Source: Balanoglossus misakiensis (Eukaryota; Animalia; Hemichordata). From it: a DNA stretch of 64,000 nucleotides. The DNA lies in contig CM082576.2 of assembly GCA_040954595.2 (NCBI GenBank), positions 12,279,129 through 12,343,128 of the forward strand. Reading direction: 5' to 3'. Below the pieces are notes generated by a model. The model saw nothing but the letters and a program-made list of their open reading frames with translations. It was not told where the DNA came from and did no database searches. This document shows, one piece after another, positions 59,323 to 64,000 of this stretch. Position numbers and translations under genes: made by a program. Each line of letters opens with the position of its first letter. Position 1 is the stretch's first letter.

Positions 59323-61658
59323 TCTAAAAATGACAGGAAATGAATGCATGTACACAATTAAACACGAATAAAACGTGGCCCTATCGAAAATACATCTTGT
59401 GTGGTGAGGGCCTAATGGCCATGTGATGAACTTGTATTTGATACCAAAACGCGTTACACCAATTCGGTCACGTATTAAAGCCCATCCATACACCAATTCA
59501 CAGTTCTAGAACTTATCTTCAGTCAGAGCGTCTGTCTTACACTAACTTATAACTCCGTGTTAAGCCCTGGTTTAATGCCCATAAGTAGTTCCAAAGCATG
59601 TATAATATTTCAAATACTCGCGAAAGAAAAGTGTTCCTAAAGACAGACCATTTTCACCTCAGTTCTATTAAAAAAAGTTATGTTAACATTACTATAGTTT
59701 TACTCTGTAACTGTCACGACTGCTGGTAGTAAAGCCTAACATTTGCACAGTTATAGTAAATTGAGGAGATTTTGACGTGTATGATAAATATTTGTTTTTA
59801 TTTCAAAATACCGTCAACTCGGTTCTGCGCATTGAAGCTCGCAATTGATGTTCTATCTTGTTCTAGACGCTTTGGTCTTTTACGTGCCATCATGTTTGTG
59901 GAGAGACCGTGGATCTTGGACCCACCCACACACGCACGGTATGTCGGACAACGACCGCCGGTCAGCGGATATACGTGTGCGTGTAATACTGTCCAACCTG
60001 TCTGACTCTACTGCGTGGCCCATATAAGAACCGAGTAGGTAAAGAATGTCATTATCTGGTGGTCATCGCCTGTATTTACACAGGATGTTCCATGCAGATA
60101 AGACGGGGGCGGGTGCCGACAAGGTGCCATGGGCTGGGTGTATATCAGATTATTTGACAGAAAACGTATAAATGACAACCAGAGAAAAACTGGAGCACGT
60201 CCTTAATTCTAAGACAAAGATGGTAACTAGTGTGTTTTCAACAAGTCAATGCCCGTTTTAGAAAATGTCGAAACGCTGGTAAGAATTAGTTCAAGTTCAG
60301 CACTGGTCATAATACTTCCGAAAATTCCCATCTGCTGGGAACTATCGAGCATCTATTTCAGTTTATATTTCGTGTGTTTCATCTTGCCCGTCATTAATTT
60401 GAATGGAATGAAATAGTTTATATCATATGAAGAAGGAGAGTAATTTCGGGACAGTTTTCTTGAGAGAAAAAAAGGCTAACGCTATATAGGCCTACAGCCA
60501 AAAGGTTAACGAACGCTGTACCACTCTTTAAATTTAGAACTGTTGACAGAAAAAAAACGAGCTGTTGTCATTATTGTGATAACTGGCTTCTACTATATAC
60601 CATGAAAGTACTAGTTGCTATTACAAATATAACATATAAATTCTGTATTGTTATATACTTGTCTTGGAATCGAAATACGTCAATTAGCCTAGCTCTGTGA
60701 CCATACTTGTAAAAGAGCGACGACCTTGTGAAAGTCCTGTAGTCTAACTCCTGTATATGTAGACCAAAATGAGATGAAAATAGATTTGATTCACAAAAAT
60801 ATAACGGTAACAGGTGTGGTGCCGTATTTCATATACAAAGTCAGAAAACGTTTATATGTGCGCGGCAGACCGAGATCGCAAGGAACATCGGGAAAGGCTT
60901 TCATTTCAGCACTTGCAAAAAAATGTATAATATATAATGGTATTTCATTTCAGCCGATGGAGAAAAAGAATGTAAAACTTTCACCGTGACCTTATACTAG
61001 ATAGTACAACTGCATAAGCGTCGAGTGTGACTGCCAGCTTCGCAAACATAAATCGATGCAAGAAATGACGTGTAGCCTAAATTTCGACTCATCGACACGC
61101 AATCGACAATAACTCCTGCGGTCATAAGGTCTGGTCACCCATAACGGTTGTGAATGAACCATGCACTTTATCTGGTCACAGTGTTAGATCTTCCAACGTC
61201 TGTTGGCAATGAACCTTTGCTTTAAAAAGTCGTTTTCCTTGCTTGTGATGGATATTGTAGGACCATTAGCCCTAATAGTAAATACACGCACCTGGGGAAT
61301 GGCGTGGGGACCTAACCCTAGTTTAATTATTTCTGCTAGCATTGACATCCTCTCTTGCATATTGTTTACAGGGTACCCTCATCTTTCCGAAAGTCGACAG
61401 TTTGCATAAATATCACCTGTCGGTGTTAACAAATTACTTCAAATTTGCTCGCTACTTCATTAAAAAATACCAGTTTTTGAGATCCTATACCCCTATCGTT
61501 TCAGATCAGTAATTGCCATCCCCGGATCCCCCTTTGTACAATCGCAAGCGGTGTACCTTAAAAAGTATAGGTCATCCTCGCTCCATGTAAGTTAAATTGC
61601 CTAATTCATTCCATATTGCAACGTATCGGAATATTTTAATATGCAGTGAAACCTGGAT

Positions 61659-61695
61659 ATGCATTGTGGTGTTGCGACTTTGTGATGCATTGTGG
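61659..61695 (+). promoter_or_regulatory. Candidate promoter elements of METTL25B-like gene
   Basis: Two copies of ATGCATTGTGG (61659-61669, 61685-61695), resembling the ZNF143/Staf core CCACAATGCA, ~370-400 bp upstream of the ATG. Confidence 0.4.
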
Positions 61696-62065
61696 TTCTG
61701 ACAGGAAGCAATTGATCGCGTGAATTGTTGGTGGAATTTTAGCTAAATTAAAATTTACAGACGTTTTGTAAGTCATGCCAAATCCTTCTCTGTATTTTTC
61801 TTTCTCCACGAAAAATGGATTCTACAAACGGACGAATGGGACTAAAAGGATCCATCATCCAGGCCAGTGGCAGGTGAGTGATGGGTGAGTGGCAGGTACG
61901 CCGGTAGAAGTGCGCCATCAGGCGGACCTAGCAGACTACACCAGTGGAGTAACCTCAAACCAAACACACATGCGGAAGCGCTACTAGTTTTCACGATTGT
62001 TCAACATGATCAAATATGAAAACTTTCAACCAGTGGTAAGACGAGAAAATATTGCACGATGTTGA

Positions 62066-63820
62066 ATGACAATGGCGCTTAGCTGCGACGTAGATACATA
62101 TCACATCATTCGGAGCCACGCAGAGAATTTGGTACGTTTCATAAACGAGTATAAATGGATTTCCGAAGCCTACATCGTAGAATTCTTTGTGAGAGATCAC
62201 TGGCAGTACATTCCAAGATCTTGGCAGGACGTGTTCCAAGACTTCGGCACAGAAGAAATGGCATCGCTTTTGTCAGGGCAACCCATGATGAATGGCGGTA
62301 AAGTGTACTACCACAAGGTATGGCCGCTCTCGCTGCTGGCCTACCAGGCCGCGGCTCTCTCCCTGGCCCTGCCCAGAATGCTACGTGCTGAGGATGACAA
62401 TGTTGACGAAGTGGAGCACATACTTAGGAAAACGAAGACGTCGTTTGAACCACTGCCTCACCATTATAGGCGACACGTCAAGCCCAAAAAGCAGTACGAG
62501 ATATTCCGGCTTGCCAGACTCGTCAATCGAGCGTGCGCGGAGAGTTGCTGTCAGAACCTTGTGGACGTGGGTGCCGGGCTGGGACATTTGACCAGGCTGC
62601 TGTCGTTTGGCTATGGCCTGCACGTGACAACAGTCGAAGCAGATGGATGCAACGTCAGCGGAGCCGTCAAGTTAGACAGTAAACTGAAGGAGTTCATCGA
62701 AATCAAGAGTGTCGAGAACCCGACAAAGTTGAAAGGTGTACAACAGCCAGGTTCAGCATCCAATCATCAGCTGGTACCAAGTCATGTGATCTTTCGCATA
62801 GGCGCAGACATTGGTGTTGATGACTTTTTAGATCTACTCCACGAGAATCGCGAGGCAGTGCTGACTGCTGCTGGTCCTGGGGGAGATGTCAGCCGCGTTG
62901 TGGAGGGCGCAAAACAAAACGGGTCTGCTAAACGTGCTGACGAATCAACATCAGAGTCTGCAGCTAACACTCCACATGGTGAAGTGCAGAAGTCTGTCAC
63001 TGGTGACTCCAAGTCATTTGTCTTCGCAGGACTGCACACCTGTAGTGATTTAGCACCGACAATCTTGAGGGTGTTCACCAGATGTAAATCCGCCACGGCT
63101 CTGGTGTCAGTCGGCTGCTGTTACCAGAAAATGACGTGTCAGAACGCAATCCCCGCCAGGCAACCGTGTCATTTTGCAAACGGCAACAGTGAGACTGCAA
63201 ATGAACGTGAAACAGTATCAGTGCTTGACACAGGAAACCCAAGGACATCAGTCGGGGACAAAAACTTCGATCAACCTCTCGGCTATCCAATGAGCAGCTG
63301 GGTGAATGATCTTCCAAATCACGAACTGAACTACGAACCCAGAGAGCTGGCTTGCCATGCGGTTGATGTGTACATTCAGAGACTCCGAGACGGAGACCCA
63401 GATTTGATACTGCAGTGTTACAGGGCAATACTGGAAACAGTCATCCAGAAACAGGCCCCGGAACTAATCAAAAGACACGCCAGTATCAGAAACGTCAAAA
63501 GAGTGATGAAGAACCTCAAAAAACGGTCTGACACACCGCTCAACCAGTATTTATCAGAAGCTCTGAGCAAATTGGGATTGGAACAGATATCTGCGGCTGA
63601 ATCCATTGAACTTGAAAAGTTGCTGACAAGATGGAAACAGCTGGTGATATTCCACATCATCAGATTACTGACAGCGCCAGTCATAGAATCGCTTATTCTG
63701 ATTGACAGGATGCTGTACTTGTACGAGCAAGGCTGTGAAAGTCAGCTGATTCCAGTCTTCAATCCACAGGTGTCACCTAGGAATTTTGCCCTACTGTCCA
63801 AGAAGAGCCCACAGCACTGA
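62066..63820 (+). CDS. METTL25B: Methyltransferase-like protein 25B / RRNAD1-like class I SAM-dependent methyltransferase, single coding exon, 584 aa
   Basis: Uninterrupted ORF with family motifs YIVEFF, WPLSLLA, HVKPKKQYEI, LVDVGAGLGHL (SAM motif I), GLHTCSDL, VGCCYQK, GYPMS, RELACHA, PVIESLILIDR, PVFNPQVSPRN. In-frame TGA immediately upstream; second ATG at 62072 has better context. Confidence 0.88.
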   Translation: MTMALSCDVDTYHIIRSHAENLVRFINEYKWISEAYIVEFFVRDHWQYIPRSWQDVFQDFGTEEMASLLSGQPMMNGGKVYYHKVWPLSLLAYQAAALSLALPRMLRAEDDNVDEVEHILRKTKTSFEPLPHHYRRHVKPKKQYEIFRLARLVNRACAESCCQNLVDVGAGLGHLTRLLSFGYGLHVTTVEADGCNVSGAVKLDSKLKEFIEIKSVENPTKLKGVQQPGSASNHQLVPSHVIFRIGADIGVDDFLDLLHENREAVLTAAGPGGDVSRVVEGAKQNGSAKRADESTSESAANTPHGEVQKSVTGDSKSFVFAGLHTCSDLAPTILRVFTRCKSATALVSVGCCYQKMTCQNAIPARQPCHFANGNSETANERETVSVLDTGNPRTSVGDKNFDQPLGYPMSSWVNDLPNHELNYEPRELACHAVDVYIQRLRDGDPDLILQCYRAILETVIQKQAPELIKRHASIRNVKRVMKNLKKRSDTPLNQYLSEALSKLGLEQISAAESIELEKLLTRWKQLVIFHIIRLLTAPVIESLILIDRMLYLYEQGCESQLIPVFNPQVSPRNFALLSKKSPQH

Positions 63821-64000
63821 TGGAATTAGTGCGTCAAATTAATTGTAAAAAAAGTTTTTCATACAGTTACCACTTTGACTGTTAATATACTAATATACAA
63901 GTTTAAGATTTACTCAAGTTTATGTGCTTGCGTAATGTTTACTTTGTAATTTTAGCTGCATATGTAATATATTGTTGTTTTGATATGAATGTTTATATAC

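Noticed and set aside
61815-61873. Upstream ATG (MDSTNGRMGLKGS..) as N-terminal exon of METTL25B
   Set aside because: An in-frame TGA sits directly before ATG 62066 and no acceptor restores the frame; at most a uORF
63847-63854. A-run after the METTL25B stop as retrogene poly(A) tail
   Set aside because: Only 8 A, 27 bp after the stop, with no upstream AATAAA or TSD; such runs are common in this window

Overview
Eukaryotic (animal, probably marine invertebrate; species not determinable here) genomic DNA with GT-AG introns. About two thirds of the window is a minus-strand beta-heavy spectrin gene (karst/sma-1/SPTBN5 family). I could chain 59 coding exons from ATG 42187 down to 21. All junctions are phase-compatible, giving 9516 nt = 3172 aa: two calponin-homology domains, then spectrin repeats with an inserted SH3 domain. 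The gene runs off the left edge. A likely non-coding first exon and promoter lie near 59.0-59.3 kb. Divergent from it is an intronless 584-aa METTL25B/RRNAD1-like methyltransferase ORF (62066-63820, +). Introns carry TTAA-targeting (piggyBac-like and Kolobok-like) and TA-targeting MITEs, including a 1.95-kb Kolobok-like element with a decayed THAP remnant nested inside another MITE. The most interesting unexplained signal is in the enlarged spectrin introns. They contain small in-frame exon-like units (several ending ATG-x(1-4)|GT), a promoter-like CCAAT/GC/X-box cluster, RFX X-box palindromes and a candidate alternative terminal exon. Together these suggest a dystrophin-like nested series of truncated beta-H spectrin isoforms. 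This last point is inference from splice-signal reading and needs RNA data.
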